Counted from the stretch's first letter, positions 12,161 to 26,458 are shown. The stretch: 64,000 bases of DNA from Octopus vulgaris (GCA_951406725.2 OX597834.1:19840001-19904000), one strand, 5' to 3'. Numbers and translations: made by a program. The notes: generated by a model not told the origin, from the letters alone.

Positions 12161-13914
12161 CAGCTACATATGTTTATATATGTCTGTGTGTGTGTGTGTG
12201 TAATATCATCATTTTATCTTATAATCAGCTGTATGTAGCCACAATGGTTCTTCATGATACCTTGATTTCACTAACTTCTCAAACTCATAATTTTTCCTGA
12301 AAGATGTAAACTCCCCAAATTTTACCCAACGACCATTCTATAGATCCATTTTCTATCTTGCCCTGTTGACATCCATTGCAAACAGTACAGCCATTGTTGT
12401 CAATTTATCTTATATCTTTTATAAATGCAAACACACACACAAAAGAAAAAAATTTACAGCCATCACTCACAAATGAGTGAAACTGGGTAGCATGTGCCAA
12501 GCATTTGTGAATTATTGTATGTTTCTCTGTTGTCATGAGTAGACACAAACTCCCTCATAGCTCTCTCGTTCTTGGTGCAGTGAGAGTTTGTCTTTGCTCA
12601 CCTAGAGTCACTATAAAGAATACCAGTAATTATTAGCATACTGGACAAAATGCTTAGCGGCATTATTCTAGCTTTACACTCTGTGTTCAAATTCTGATAT
12701 GGTTGACTCAGTCTTTCATCCTTTAAGGATTGATAAAATAAGAACCAGTCAAGCCCTGGAGTTGCACGTATAATAGAAAGGAATTTATCAATTGACTTTG
12801 GAGTCCCTTTAATATATTGCTTCCATAAGGCACAAGCTGGCAGAAACGTTAGCATGCGGGCAAAATGCTTAGAGGTATTTCTTGTCTTTATGTTCTGTGT
12901 TCAAATTCTGCCGAAGTTGACTTTGCCTTTCATCCTTTCCAGGTCAATAATTAAGTACCAGTTGCATACTAGGGTCAATCTAATCAACTGCCCCCCCCCC
13001 CTCCAAAATTTTGGGCCTTGTACCTAGAGTAGAAAAGAATATATTGGTTTCAAACTTGAGCACAAGGCCATCAGTTTTGTGGGAAGGAGTAAGTTGATTA
13101 CATCAAACCCAGTACGTAACTGGTACTTATTTTATCGACCCTGAAAGAATGAAAGTCAAAGTCGACCTCAGCAAAATTTGAACTCAGAAGACAAAGACAG
13201 ACGAAATACTGCTAAGTATTCTGCCTGGCACAGTAACGATTCTGCTAACTCGCTGCCTTAATAGTACCATAAATATGTTAAAGTTAATTATATTACGTTA
13301 TTTTACACAGATTTAATAACCAGCTTTCTGTCTTACTTAAAGAAAATCAATAGGTTTTTACAATAAATATGTTTGGATAGAAATTATTAGAAACTTAACC
13401 ATAATTAACAATTTATGCCCTTGCTTAGGAAAACTTTTATCTAATTATTAAACTATTAACTGAGGAAATTCTTATTATTAATAAATAATTAGTATTTTGT
13501 GTGTTGTTTTTTGGAAAAAAACAGCTTGCATTGTTATTTTGCAGCAATCTTCTCTGTTGAATTTTAGAAGGGAAATAATACATAAAGAATATGAATAAAG
13601 GATATACTGGTTAAAAAAAAAGATGTATAAAAACAAAATATAAGGAGTTTCATGATAAATTCCCAGAAGTCCGTTTTGATAAAGTATCCCTAAAACAGCA
13701 TGCAATTGCCATAAATAGAAACCATATTTTGCAGTGAATTCATTGACTTGTTCCGGTGGTGGTGACGGTAGTGGTGGAAGTGGTGGAAGTGGTGGAAGCG
13801 GTGGTCGGTGAGAGAGAGAGAGGGCAGAAAAATATTAAAAATGTAAGAAATATGGAAATAAGAGAGAATATCTTCAGCTAATCTCTTTAGGAAAAACAAC
13901 TATTATTTTCACTA

Positions 13915-13958
<44 letters not shown>

Positions 13959-14220
13959 TACTACTACTACTACTACTACTACTATTACCACCACCATCAT
14001 CATCAGCATTCTTCTACTCTTCATCCTCCACCGTGTTGTTATTACTAATATTATTATTATTATTGTTAATATTATTATTATTACTATCATTGTTATTGTT
14101 ATCATGATTACTATTATTATTATCATTATTCCCATTCTCAGATGTTCCCTAATACCAATGGAGTATGATTTATTTATTGAAACAGAACAGCAGCACTGCT
14201 CCTCTTTTCCCTTCTCTTCC

Positions 14221-14279
14221 TTTTATTATTATTATTATTACTACTATTATTTTTACTACCACCATCATCATCATCATCA

Positions 14280-14331
<52 letters not shown>

Positions 14332-14369
14332 CATCATTATTACTATTATTTTTACTACCACCATCATCA

Positions 14370-14427
<58 letters not shown>

Positions 14428-14471
14428 CATCAATATTACTATTATTTTTACTACCACCATCATTATTATTA

Positions 14472-14508
<37 letters not shown>

Positions 14509-14552
14509 CATCAATATTACTATTATTTTTACTACCACCATCATTATTATTA

Positions 14553-14589
<37 letters not shown>

Positions 14590-14633
14590 CATCAATATTA
14601 CTATTATTTTTACTACCACCATCATTATTATTA

Positions 14634-14670
<37 letters not shown>

Positions 14671-14725
14671 CATCAATATTACTATTATTTTTACTACCAC
14701 CATCATCATTCTTTTTCTTCTTCTT

Positions 14726-14756
<31 letters not shown>

Positions 14757-14771
14757 TTATTATTATTATTA

Positions 14772-14818
<47 letters not shown>

Positions 14819-14832
14819 GTTATTATTATTAT
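14221..14832. repeat. Higher-order trinucleotide (TAT/CAT/TAC) repeat
   Basis: The marker TTTTTACTACCACCATC occurs 6 times, spaced 99, 96, 81, 81 and 81 bp. Confidence 0.9.
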
Positions 14833-15744
14833 TTTGTGCACACAAGACTTATTTGGAAAACAATAAACAACTGGTCGAAGAGTCACGTTAAATGTGAAAT
14901 CAATATCGTAGCATGTTGAATTCGATGCACATTAACAGTTAAGTTGCCATAACATTACCACTGTGAATATCCATTTTCAATTCCACTTTGCTAAATCGTT
15001 GTGTTTAAGATGCGGATCAGACTGTTACTTCTTGAAAGATGTGGCTTTTCCAGCATATGGCATCTATTTCATTCTATTTCATTTTATTTCATTTTATTTC
15101 ATTTTATTTTATTTTATTTATTGCAAAAAATTCGATGGCATTGGTTAAGGGTCGAACTCAGATTACTAAGAACAGTAATTTAAAGCCTAATTTTGTCCCT
15201 TTTTTTTTTATTTATTTGAAATTTTAAAATTTGTCTCTTTTTTTTTTTGTAAGATATTTTCGGGTTTTTTTTTTTTTTTTTGTGAAAGATTATTCTCAAG
15301 AAACTGTGATGGAAATTGTAAGTGTGTTACAAGAATTCTTTGTGTGAGAATTTAAATAAATGGTCGTTAATTCAAATCTTGATTGCATTTATTCCGCTTA
15401 ATGAGTTTAACATTTGTTCCTTGTTTCACACTCACACACACACACACACACAGACACACAAGCATGTGTCTGTCTCTGTTTGTGTGTATGTATATATATA
15501 TGTGTGTATGTATACCTATTTGTATGTGTTTGTATATGCAGGCTTGTTTCCTGTTGTTTGCTCATTGTCTTTGCAACAGAGAGATGTCATGTTAGAATTT
15601 TATTCTCTCATAAAACAAATGATATCATATGCTTTTAAAAATATTTCATTTCATTTAATTACATTCCGCTTATGATATTTACTGCCCTAATGTTTTGTAG
15701 ACAGACCATTTCAATGTCACTGGGTCTCTTCAGTATGAATGAAG

Positions 15745-15777
<33 letters not shown>

Positions 15778-15872
15778 ATAACTGATATCCCATAGTGGGT
15801 TACCCTCATAACCCCTACCTTACTTTGTACTATATATATATATATATTATATATATATATATATATTATATA

Positions 15873-15987
<115 letters not shown>

Positions 15988-16038
15988 GTATGTATATATA
16001 TATATATATATGTATGTATATATATATATATATGTATG

Positions 16039-16097
<59 letters not shown>

Positions 16098-16098
16098 T

Positions 16099-16141
<43 letters not shown>

Positions 16142-16650
16142 GTGCAACTGTTGCTCAGTGGTTGAGAAGCTTGCTTTCCAAACCCTGTTGTCGTGTGTTC
16201 AGTCCCATGGTATTCTGGGCAAGTGTCTTCTACCATAGCCCTGGGTCCACCAAAGCTGTGTAAGTGGATTCGATGGACAGAAACTGAAAATAAGACTGTT
16301 GTGTGTGTGTATACATATCATCATCATCATCATCCTTTAATGCCTGTTCTCCATTCTGGCAATGGTTGGATGGTTTGACAGGATTTAGCTAGTGTACCCT
16401 TGTCTAGATATCACACAATGGTTGTTGATGAGCTTCATCATCATATAGCTGAGGTTATCTATTTCCAGTTTTGCAGGAAAAACATGTCTAGGTTTGAAGA
16501 TGTATTACCTTGCCTGGAGAAAGGTGAGGGTTGGCAACAGGAAGGGCATCTGAATTTGTTGAGGTTGAAAAATCTGCCTCTACAAATTGTCCAACCCATG
16601 CCAGCATGGAAAAGGGGATGATGATGATGATGAAGATGACGATGATGATA

Positions 16651-17027
16651 TATTCTTTTACTTACTCTCTTTTACTTGTTTCAGTCATTTGACTGCGGCC
16701 ATGCTGGAGCACCGCCTTTAATCGAGCAACTCGACCCTGGGACTTATTCTTTTGTAAGCTCAGTACTTATTCTATCGGTCTCTTTTGCTGAACTGCTAAG
16801 TAACGGGGACATAAACACACCAGCATTGGTTGTCAAGCAATGCTAGGGGGACAAACACATACATATATACGACAGGCTTCTTTCAGTTTCCGTCTACCAA
16901 ATCCACTCACAAGGCTTTGGTTGGCCCAAGGCTATAGTAGAAGACACTTGCCCAAGATGCCACGCAGTGGGACTGAACCCGGAACCATGTGGTTGGTAAA
17001 CAAGTTACTTACCACACAGCCACTCCT
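16651..17027 (-). mobile_element. SINE family A (tRNA-like head, central microsatellite, (AAAGAGTA)n tail)
   Basis: Reverse complement of the copy at 39897-40303. Confidence 0.9.
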
Positions 17028-17200
17028 ACTTGTCTTGCTTGTTTCAGTCATTTGACTGCAGCCATGCTGGAGCACTGCTTTGAAGGGCTTTAATTGAACA
17101 AATCAATCCCAGGAGTTTTTTTTTAAAAGCTTAAGACATATTCCATCTATCACTTTTGCCAGACTGCTAAGTTACTGGGACACAAACACACCAACAACCA

Positions 17201-17885
17201 TTGGAGATGTGCCAAGAAGATGAGTCAAAATTTTTCAAAAGACTGATTACACAGGATGAAACCTGGGTCCATCACTATGATCCAGAGACCAAAGCCCAGT
17301 CAATGCAGTGGAAGCACCGTGACTCACCTCCTCCAAAGAAGGCAAGGGTGCAGCCCTCCGTTGGCAAGGTCATGCTCACAGTCTTCTGGGACCAGGACGG
17401 AGTAGTGATGACAGATTTCCTGGCAAAGGGTACCACAATTACAGGAGCCTATTATGCTTCACTTTTGAGGAAATTAAGAGAAGCTATCAAAATCAAGAGG
17501 TGGGGCAAGATCAGCAAAGGCATCCTCCTCCCCCTCACCCGTGTTGCCAGATCAGAAGCACAGGCGTGCGGCTATGAACTCCTCCCCCATCCCCCTACTC
17601 TCCTGACCTTGCACCCTCTGATTTTCACCTCTTCCCAGCGATGATGTTGTTTTTGAAAGGAAAGCATTTCCCAGATGACGCAGCCTTGATTTCTGAAGTC
17701 ACGTCATGGTTGGAGGACCAAGCTGGGGTCTTCTACAAAAACGGTCGCCAGAGCTGCATCAAACGATGGGAGAAATGCGTAACTCTTGGTGGTTCCTATG
17801 TAGAAAAAGACTAATAACTGTGCCAAGTTTCGTTGCTCTACTGCTATGGGAGTGGGTTAGGGCATTACTTATTGCACGCCCCTCG
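17201..17885 (+). pseudogene. 5'-truncated mariner (Tc1/mariner) transposase pseudogene with right TIR
   Basis: ITQDETWVHHYDPETK...GKVMLTVFWD; the second catalytic Asp region is deleted; after a frameshift the sequence reads YSPDLAPSDFHLFP...RWEKCVTLGGSYVEKD*; the element ends CCCCTCG followed by TA. Confidence 0.93.
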
Positions 17886-18660
17886 TAGCTTGTTTGTTGC
17901 CATATCGGCCTCAAGCATTTTTCTATCGCTTCCCTCGGTACAAAGTCGATTTTTTAATTTTTTTGCATTATATGTTTTGTATATCACAGTCTTATTCTCG
18001 ACCTCGGCGGAATTTGAACTCAGAGGTCGACTTTGCCTTTCATCCTTTCGGGGTAGATAAATTAAGTACCAGTTACGCATTGTGGTCGATGCAATCGACT
18101 TAATCCGTTTGTCTGTCTTTGTTTGTCCCCTCTGTGTTTAGTTCCTTGTGGCTAGTAAAGAAATATATTCTTAGCATTTTTCTATCGCTTCCCTCGGTAC
18201 AAAGTCGATTTTTTATTTTTTACATTATATGTTTTGTATATGACAGTCTTTCTTCGTCGCGTAAATTAATTTGGGAGGGAGCAACTTCACATTATCACCT
18301 TCTTTTTTAGTAAACCTCGGTATTTCTTTAATTCTTCTTTGTTAATAACTTTATTTTCACAGGGGAGAGTTGCTGCACTCACAAAATTTATTTTTGACTT
18401 TTCCTATTGTGTAATAGCCTCGCTAGACATCTTGTCGTCTGCTTTTGAAACGTGCGCGTGAGACGCTTCTATACTTTCACCTCCCTCCTCCCACATATTC
18501 GCCTTCATGCCTTCAAACAAATTTTCGAAGTTTTCCTCCGACTCGGAAGAAATTGGTGGCAAATTCATGTTTTTTGCCGCAAAACTCTGCTGCAACGGCA
18601 GAAAAGAAGTGGTCTCGACGACCAAAACAGCAAATTTTCACAATTTTCAGCACAAAAACA
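17886..18660 (-). repeat. Duplicated degenerate coding-like segment (paralogous to ~20099-20622), possibly a LINE ORF1 remnant
   Basis: Both copies give MVVETTSFL.LQQSFAAK.MNLPPISSESEENFENLFEGMKANMWEE, with stops and frameshifts downstream; the family assignment is a guess. Confidence 0.55.
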
Positions 18661-18832
18661 ATCTTTCACAGCGGAGCAAAGAATAACACGACCGATCTGA
18701 GAGAGAGAGACAGGTAGGTACATATGCAAGCACACATACATACACGCATATACATACGAACATATGTATTTGTGTGTCTGTATGTCACCCCATCATCGCT
18801 TGATAACTAATGTTGATGCGATTGTGCCCCTG

Positions 18833-19249
18833 TAACTTGGCGGTTCGGAAGAAGAGGCGATAGAATAAATACAAAGCTTCCTAAGAATATATTTCTTTAC
18901 TGCCCACAAGGGGCTAAACACAGAGGGGACAAACAAAGACAGACAAACGGATTAAGTCGATTATATCGACCCCAGTGCGTGACTGGTCCTTAATTTATCA
19001 ACCCCAAAAGGATGAAAGGTAAAGTCAACCTCGGCGGAATTTGAACTCAGAGGTCGACTTTGCCTTTCATCCTTTTGGGGTCGATAAATTAAGGACCAGT
19101 TACGCACTGGGGTCGATGTAATCGACTTAATACCTTTGTCTGTCCTTGTTTGTCCCTTCTGTGTTTAGCCCCTTCTGGGTAGTAAAGAAATATATTCTTA
19201 GGAAGCTTTGTATTTATTCTATCGCCTCTTCTTCCGAACCGCCAAGTTA
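18833..19249. repeat. Inverted duplication: two head-to-head SINE-B bodies plus an inverted copy of 58 bp of the host SINE-A flank
   Basis: Arms at ~18833-19032 and ~19050-19249; SINE A resumes at ~19250 (ATAATTCCTGGCGTTG). Confidence 0.9.
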
Positions 19250-19326
19250 ATAATTCCTGGCGTTGATTTGTTCAAATAAAAGACGGTGCTCTAGTATGGC
19301 CTGTCGTCTTTTGAAACGTATTGCTA

Positions 19327-19487
19327 CGTTCTGAGTTCAAATTCCGCCGAGGTCGACTTTACCTTTCATCCTTTCGGGGTCGATTAAATAAGTACCAGTT
19401 ACGCATTGGAGTCGATGTAATTGACTTAATCCGTTTGTCTGTCTTTGTTTGTCCCCTCTGTGTTTAGCCCCTTGTGGGAAGAAATAG
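19327..19487 (+). mobile_element. SINE family B with Deu/Nin-like core
   Basis: GAGTTCAAATTCCGCCGAGGTCGACTTTACCTTTCATCCTTTCGGGGTCGATTAAATAAGTACC resembles the Deu/Nin SINE core (GCCTTTCATCCTTCCGAGGTCGATAAAATGAGTACC). Other copies at ~12830-13258, 32535-32750, 33805-33980, 47445-47625 and 58675-58800. Confidence 0.75.
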
Positions 19488-20742
19488 GTATTGGATGGGA
19501 GGTCATGTTGCTGGTTTTGCCAACAAAAAAACACAAGCACTATTTATTTGATGTTCACAATTTGTTTTTCAAGTTTTCATTCGACCAGAGTTCTTTCATT
19601 ACAATTCAGTGGCCTTAAACGTGGTCCTTTACTTTCTTCCTTTTCCTTTTTTATGTCTGTCCTTTTTAATCATCTGCCATGTTGTAATCCACAGAAATTC
19701 AAAATCTTTCTCCATCTCACTCTTTGTTATTTTTCACGTTTTTATTCAATTTATCTGCAATTTTCTTCTTGTATCAGATGGATAACCCACCCTCCATTAA
19801 CAGCAAGTAGCGTACGTCTCGTTGTTTACCTGTGTGCTAAAATCGAACACTTACGACTAACGCGCTCACATGCGCAAATTTGTGACATGCACACTCCCAG
19901 AACTCGGATCCACAATTCTACAGTAGTGCCAAATTTTGGAACTGAGTTTTCACCCACTAAGAAAATTTTGTTCCCGGGCCACTGTCGGCAGGAGAACTAC
20001 TTCTTCCGACTTCAATGTCCTTGTTGAATGTTCCCTAGCTTTTTTCTTCGCTAGGGAAACTCACCTCTACAGTGCCGAAGTGACTACCCCTCGTTATGTA
20101 GCTTGTTTGTTGCCATATCGGCCTCAAGCATTTTTCTATCGCTTCCCTCGGTACAAAGTCGATTTTTTTCATTTTTTACATTATATGTTTTGTATATTAA
20201 AGTCTTTCTCTCCGTCGCGTAAATTAATTCACTGGGAGGGAGCAACTTCACATTATCACCTTCTTTTTTTAGTAAACCTTGGTATTTCTTTAATTCTTCT
20301 TTGTTAATAACTATATTTTCACAGGGGAGAGTTGCTGCACTCGAAAAATTTATTTTTGACTTTTCCTATTGTGTAATAAGCCTCGCTAGACATCTTGTCG
20401 TCTGCTTTTGTAACGTGCACGTGAGACGCCTCTATACTTTTACCTTCCTCCTCCCACATATTCGCCTTCATGCCTTCAAACAAATTTTCAAAGTTTTCCT
20501 CCGACTCGGAAGAAATTGGTGGCAAATTCATGTATTTTGCCGCAAAACTCTGCTGCAAAAGTAGAAAAGAAGTGGTCTCGACGACCAAAACAGGAAATTT
20601 TCACAATTTTCAGGACAAAAACAGGACTATTTCTTTGTAAGACAAGTACTTATTCTATTGGATTCTTTTGCTGAACTGCTAAGTTATGGGGACGTAAACA
20701 CACTACCACAGACAAACAAACATTTACATATTTATATACATA

Positions 20743-21140
20743 CTAGCAGTATCACCCGGCGTTGCTCGGGTTTGTAAGGGAAATAACTATATAAGCATTT
20801 TTAGAGAGTTCTAGTCCAAAAGATAGCAAAAAAAATGCAGTAAAAATGGAAAAAAATTATGGTAAATTTTTTAAAAATTGTTGACTCATCGTAGACATTT
20901 TTAGAGAGTTACTTCCCTTATATGATAGCGAAAAAATGCATTAAAATGGAAGAAAATGATGGTAAATTATTTTAAAAATTGTAGACTCATCTTAGACGCG
21001 CGCTAATACCCAGAAGGGCTCGATATGAATCACGACTATAAGATACCCACTTTTGGTTACACTGCACCGCAAAATGTGGGAGTAGTTAGGTATCTTAATC
21101 GTAGGAGACAGACACACAACTTGACTTTTATATATAAAGA
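20743..21140 (-). mobile_element. Non-autonomous Helitron, copy 2, inside the central microsatellite of a SINE
   Basis: Same termini and hairpin as copy 1; A|T target; host SINE sequence resumes on both sides. Confidence 0.85.
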
Positions 21141-21244
21141 TATATATATATATACGACGGGCTTCTTTCATATTCCATCTACCAAATCCACTCAAATGGA
21201 TTTGGTCGGCCTGAAGCTATAGTAGAAGACACTTGCCCATGGTG

Positions 21245-21539
21245 GAGGCACTTGGCCTAGTGGTTAGAGCAGCGGACTCGTGGTCGAGGGATTGCGGGTT
21301 CGAATCTCAGACCGGGCGATGTGTGTGTTTATGAGCGAAACACCTAAGCTCCACGCGGCTCCAGCAGAAGGTAATGGCAAACTTCTGCTGACTCTTTCGC
21401 CACAACTTTCTCTCGCTCTTTCCTCTTGCAGCTCACTTGCGATGGACTGGCGTCCCATCCAGGTGGGGACCCTATACGCCAGGGAAACCGGGAAACCAGC
21501 CCTTATGAGCCAGGCATGGCTCGAGAAGGAACAAACAAA
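21245..21539 (+). mobile_element. Full-length tRNA-derived SINE with 7-bp TSD, inserted into a SINE-A
   Basis: A box TGGCCTAGTGG, B box GGTTCGAATCTC, (ACAA)n tail, TSD CATGGTG at 21238-21244 and 21540-21546. Confidence 0.88.
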
Positions 21540-21627
21540 CATGGTGTCACACAGTAGGAATGAACTCGAAACCATGTGGCTGGAAAGCAAGCTTCTTACC
21601 ACACAGCCATGCCTATATATATGTATA

Positions 21628-22033
21628 TACTCTTTTACTCTTTTACTTGTTTCAGTCCTTTGACTGTGGCCATGCTGGAGCACCGCCTTTAGTCGAGGAA
21701 AGCAACCCCAGGACTTATTCTTTGTAAGCCTAGTACTTATTCTATCGGCCTCTTTTGCCGAGCCGCTAAGTTATGGGGACATAAACACACCACCATCGGT
21801 TGTCAAGCGATGTTGGGGAGCACACACAGACACACAAACATATACACACCCATACATACATACATATATATGATGAGCTTCTTTCAGGTTCCGTCTACCA
21901 AATCCACTCACAAGGATTTGGTCGGCCCGAGGCTATAGCAGAAGACACTTGCCCAAGGTGCCACGCAGTGGGACTAAACCTGGAACCATGTGGTTCGTAA
22001 GCAAGCTACTTACCACACAGTCACTCCTATGCC
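21628..22033 (-). mobile_element. SINE family A, full length
   Basis: Colinear with 39897-40303. Confidence 0.9.
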
Positions 22034-23529
22034 TATGCATATGAAAAAAGAATGGATGTATCACAGCCTTACTCTCACCAAAAAAAAAAGTTAAAAAAAG
22101 AGAGAGTAAAACAATGGCAAATGTAATATTTAAAAGTTTTTATTTTACTCAATCCATTTTGACAAAATATTAATAGAGTAGAGCAGGAAAAAAAACCACC
22201 AAACAAAACAAAACATTCACAATAATTTACAATAATTTAATTAAAGCACCAAATGAAAGACACATTAAGTTTTTCCCAAACATCTTCTGCCAAATTTGAT
22301 TTCAAACTATTGTAAAACGAAAACCCAGAAGATGTATCGAGAAATATTTTAGTGGGTTGAAGTAGATGGTGTTGAAAGTGAAAGTAGACCGTAAATATGA
22401 AAGATAGATTAATTAGTTTTGTCATTGCTCTGACAGCCTTTCCAGATATTTCCACTGATCATAATTGACATCATAGGTATTGGCTTATTGAGGGAGTTTG
22501 ATAAATTTTTCGATGAATTCCTGATGACAAGAGTACAATGGGGTTGTTTATACAATAATACCCATACTTCTGCTTCCTATCTGTTTCTAGTGTGTGTGTG
22601 TGTGTGTATACATATATATTTACATATATGGATACATATGCCTCACCCATGCTAGCATGGAGCGCAAACATTACATGATGAGGAAATACACTCACACACA
22701 CACACACACATATATGTATATATATATATATAGGAGGGGTAAGTTGCTTAGTGGTTAGGGTGTTGTACTCATGATTGTAAGATTGTGGTTTCAATTCCTG
22801 GAGGGAGTGATGTGTTGTGTTCTTGAGCAAAACACTGCAATTTTACATAGTTCCACTCCACTTTGATTGTAAAAATGAGTATTCCCAAAATGGACTGGCC
22901 CCCTGTCCTGAGTGGGAAGGAATATACACATCCCAAAATCCAGGAATCTGATCTTATGAGCTTATAGCACAGGAAGGACCTTTGGTCCTTTTTGATGCAT
23001 ATATAGGTGCAGGTATAGCTATGTGGTAAGAAGCTTGCCTCCACATAGTTCAGTCTCAGGTTCAGTCTCACGGTGTGGCACCTTGGGCAGGTGTCTTCTA
23101 CTATAATCTTGGGCCAACCAAAACCTAGTGAGTGGTTCTGGTAGATGGAAACTGAAAGAAGCCTGTTTAATATATATGTGTGTGTCTGTGCATTTCTATG
23201 CATCTGTGTTTGTCCCAACCTCATTTCTTCACAACCGGTGTTTGTGTGTTTATGTCCCCATGATTTAGCTCTTCAGAAAAAACAGACTAATGGAATGAGT
23301 ACTAGGCTTTAAAAAATGTCCAGGTGTTGATTTTTCTTTTTTACGAAAAAAATCTTCAAGGCTGTGCTCCAGCATGGCCAGTCAAATGACTGAAAGAAAT
23401 AAAAAAATAATATATATATGGATATATATGTGCATACATATGCATTTATATGCATGTATGTGTGTACGTATATGTATGGCTATCTATCTATATGTATGTA
23501 TGTATGTATATATGCATGTATGTATGTAT

Positions 23530-24250
<721 letters not shown>

Positions 24251-24437
24251 GATATGTATATACATAGATAAAAATATCCATAGACAGACACATTTGTATT
24301 GATATTTAAGAATGTTAGTTTTAAAAAATAATCTAATTCAAAAGGGAGAATTTGAAGGGATTCCTTTGTCACAAGTAACAAATTTTGGTTATTTGGAAAA
24401 TTAATCCAATTTATTACACCACTAATTAAATTTCTGT

Positions 24438-24471
<34 letters not shown>

Positions 24472-24478
24472 GTATGTA

Positions 24479-24838
24479 TACTCTTTTACTCTTTTACTTG
24501 TTTCAGTCATTTGACTGCGGCCATGCTGGAGCACCACCTTTAGTACTTATTCTATCGGTCTCTTTTTGCCGAACCGCTAAGTGACGGGGACCTAAACATA
24601 CCAGCATCGGTGGTCAAACAATGCTAGGGGGACAAACACAGACACACACACACACATACATATATATACATATATACGACAGGCTTCTTTCAGTTTCCGT
24701 CTGCCAAATCCACTCACAAGGCATTGGTCGGCCCGGGGCTATAGCAGAAGACACTTGCCCAAGATGCCACGCAGTGGGACTGAACCCGCAACCGTGTGGT
24801 TGGTTAGCAAGCTACTTACCACACAGCCACTCCTGCAC
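24479..24838 (-). mobile_element. SINE family A with a small internal deletion
   Basis: Colinear with the other copies; CCTTTAGT joins directly to ACTTATTC. Confidence 0.88.
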
Positions 24839-25164
24839 CTATGTATGTCTATATAAATGTGTGTGTGTTTATGTGAGGACAAGATACATGTATATATGTG
24901 TATCGATATATATGTATATATATGTGTGTGTGTATGTGTTTATATTCAGTTACAACTGTCTATAATATTCTTTAAAAATTCTATATATATATATATAAAC
25001 ACGTACATACATATATACATATGCATGTATGTCTCTTCTATTTTCTAATTATTATAAATCTTCCACTGAGGAGAGAGCCGGATGTATATATGCATGTCTG
25101 TTTGCGTGCATGTGAGGACAAGATACACGTGTATATGTGTTGTATGTGTGTCTACATATATATA

Positions 25165-25197
<33 letters not shown>

Positions 25198-25237
25198 ATG
25201 TATATATGTATATATATGTATCTATCTATCTAATCTA

Positions 25238-25285
<48 letters not shown>

Positions 25286-25352
25286 TATGCACACATACAT
25301 GCAGATAGATTAAATAGATAGATATATATAGATAGATAGATGCATACAGGTA

Positions 25353-25439
<87 letters not shown>

Positions 25440-26314
25440 TTGTGTTTTTGAGAAAGAATACAATGAAATTATTCATTTAGAAAAACAAGGTCTTTTTATG
25501 ATTTTGTATACAGTATATATAATAAGCTCATTGGCCAGAAAGAAAATCTTTTGAACTCTTTTGACAACGCACCATTTGCTCAACTATTTCAATAACAAGG
25601 AACAATACCAAATTCCTTCTATTATATAATTGAATCAGAGGCTGTAATTAATGTCATTTCATATTAGTTAGTCTTGTGATGCTGCGATGCTTTATCTGTT
25701 ATTTTTTTATTGGTTTATTTGGTTTTTATTTTATTTTTTATTGACCTTTTTTTTTTGTGTGTGTGTGTGTGTGTATGTGTGTGTGTCTGTATGAGTGTGA
25801 CATTCTTATCAAACTTGCACCACAAGGGGAGGAACCGTTCTACCCAAATGTCTGTATTCCAAAATGACCAAATTAATTTGTAGTGCTGCCTGTTGAAAGA
25901 GAAGACCAAACTTTCGTTAACTTGAGACATACTTCAAACAGAATATCATATCAGTAACCATTTACAAATAACTGTTCATTATAAGTAATTACCAGTTTGT
26001 TATAAGTAACAACCAATTCGTTATAAATAGCCAAGAACCATCTTTCTACCTTTCACTGTCCTCCTCCTCCTTCTTCTCGTCTCATTTCATTCCTCTTCCC
26101 TAACCCTCCCATCTCTCTCATTTACCCATCTTCTTCACAAAGCAACACAACTGAATCAATTCCTAAGTTTTAGTTTCGATAACTTTTAAATTGGAAATCC
26201 CTAATCTTTACATTATTTACAAAATCTGATAATATTTTTGTTGTACTTGTTGCTGATTTTTTTTAGTGGTCATTCCATTTAGTTTCATTCATATAAAAAA
26301 AAAAATAAAAAACA

Positions 26315-26458
26315 ATGTCTAAATATAGACCGAGGTCAGTTTCTCTGACTGACGTGAACTCACATCAAACTCTTAAAGTGGAATTAAAACTTAAAAGAGA
26401 TTCTTGGATGGAAAATACAATTTCGCTAAAGCATAAAGTGAGCATCCGACGTGATCAG
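26315..26458 (+). CDS. Candidate first coding exon of an unidentified gene (MSKYRPRSVSLTDVNSHQTLKVELKLKRDSWMENTISLKHKVSIRRDQ)
   Basis: AAACA-ATG context; 48 open codons in non-repetitive DNA ending exactly at CAG|GTAAGA (phase 0); contains an RxRSxSL basophilic kinase/14-3-3-type motif. Confidence 0.55.

Noticed and set aside
13735-13807. Possible exon encoding NSLTCSGGGDGSGGSGGSGGSGGR between TTTGCAG and GTGAGA
   Set aside because: Low-complexity GGT/GGA repeat, 73 nt, with phases that do not match the other candidates.
14104-14919. 271-aa Tyr/His-rich ORF and its poly-Ile/poly-Asn overlaps
   Set aside because: Stop-free trinucleotide repeat; no independent coding evidence.
21245-21315. 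Possible tRNA gene (also at 57320-57395 and in other SINE heads)
   Set aside because: A and B boxes are present but there is no complete cloverleaf or acceptor stem; the sequence continues into a SINE body with tail and TSD.
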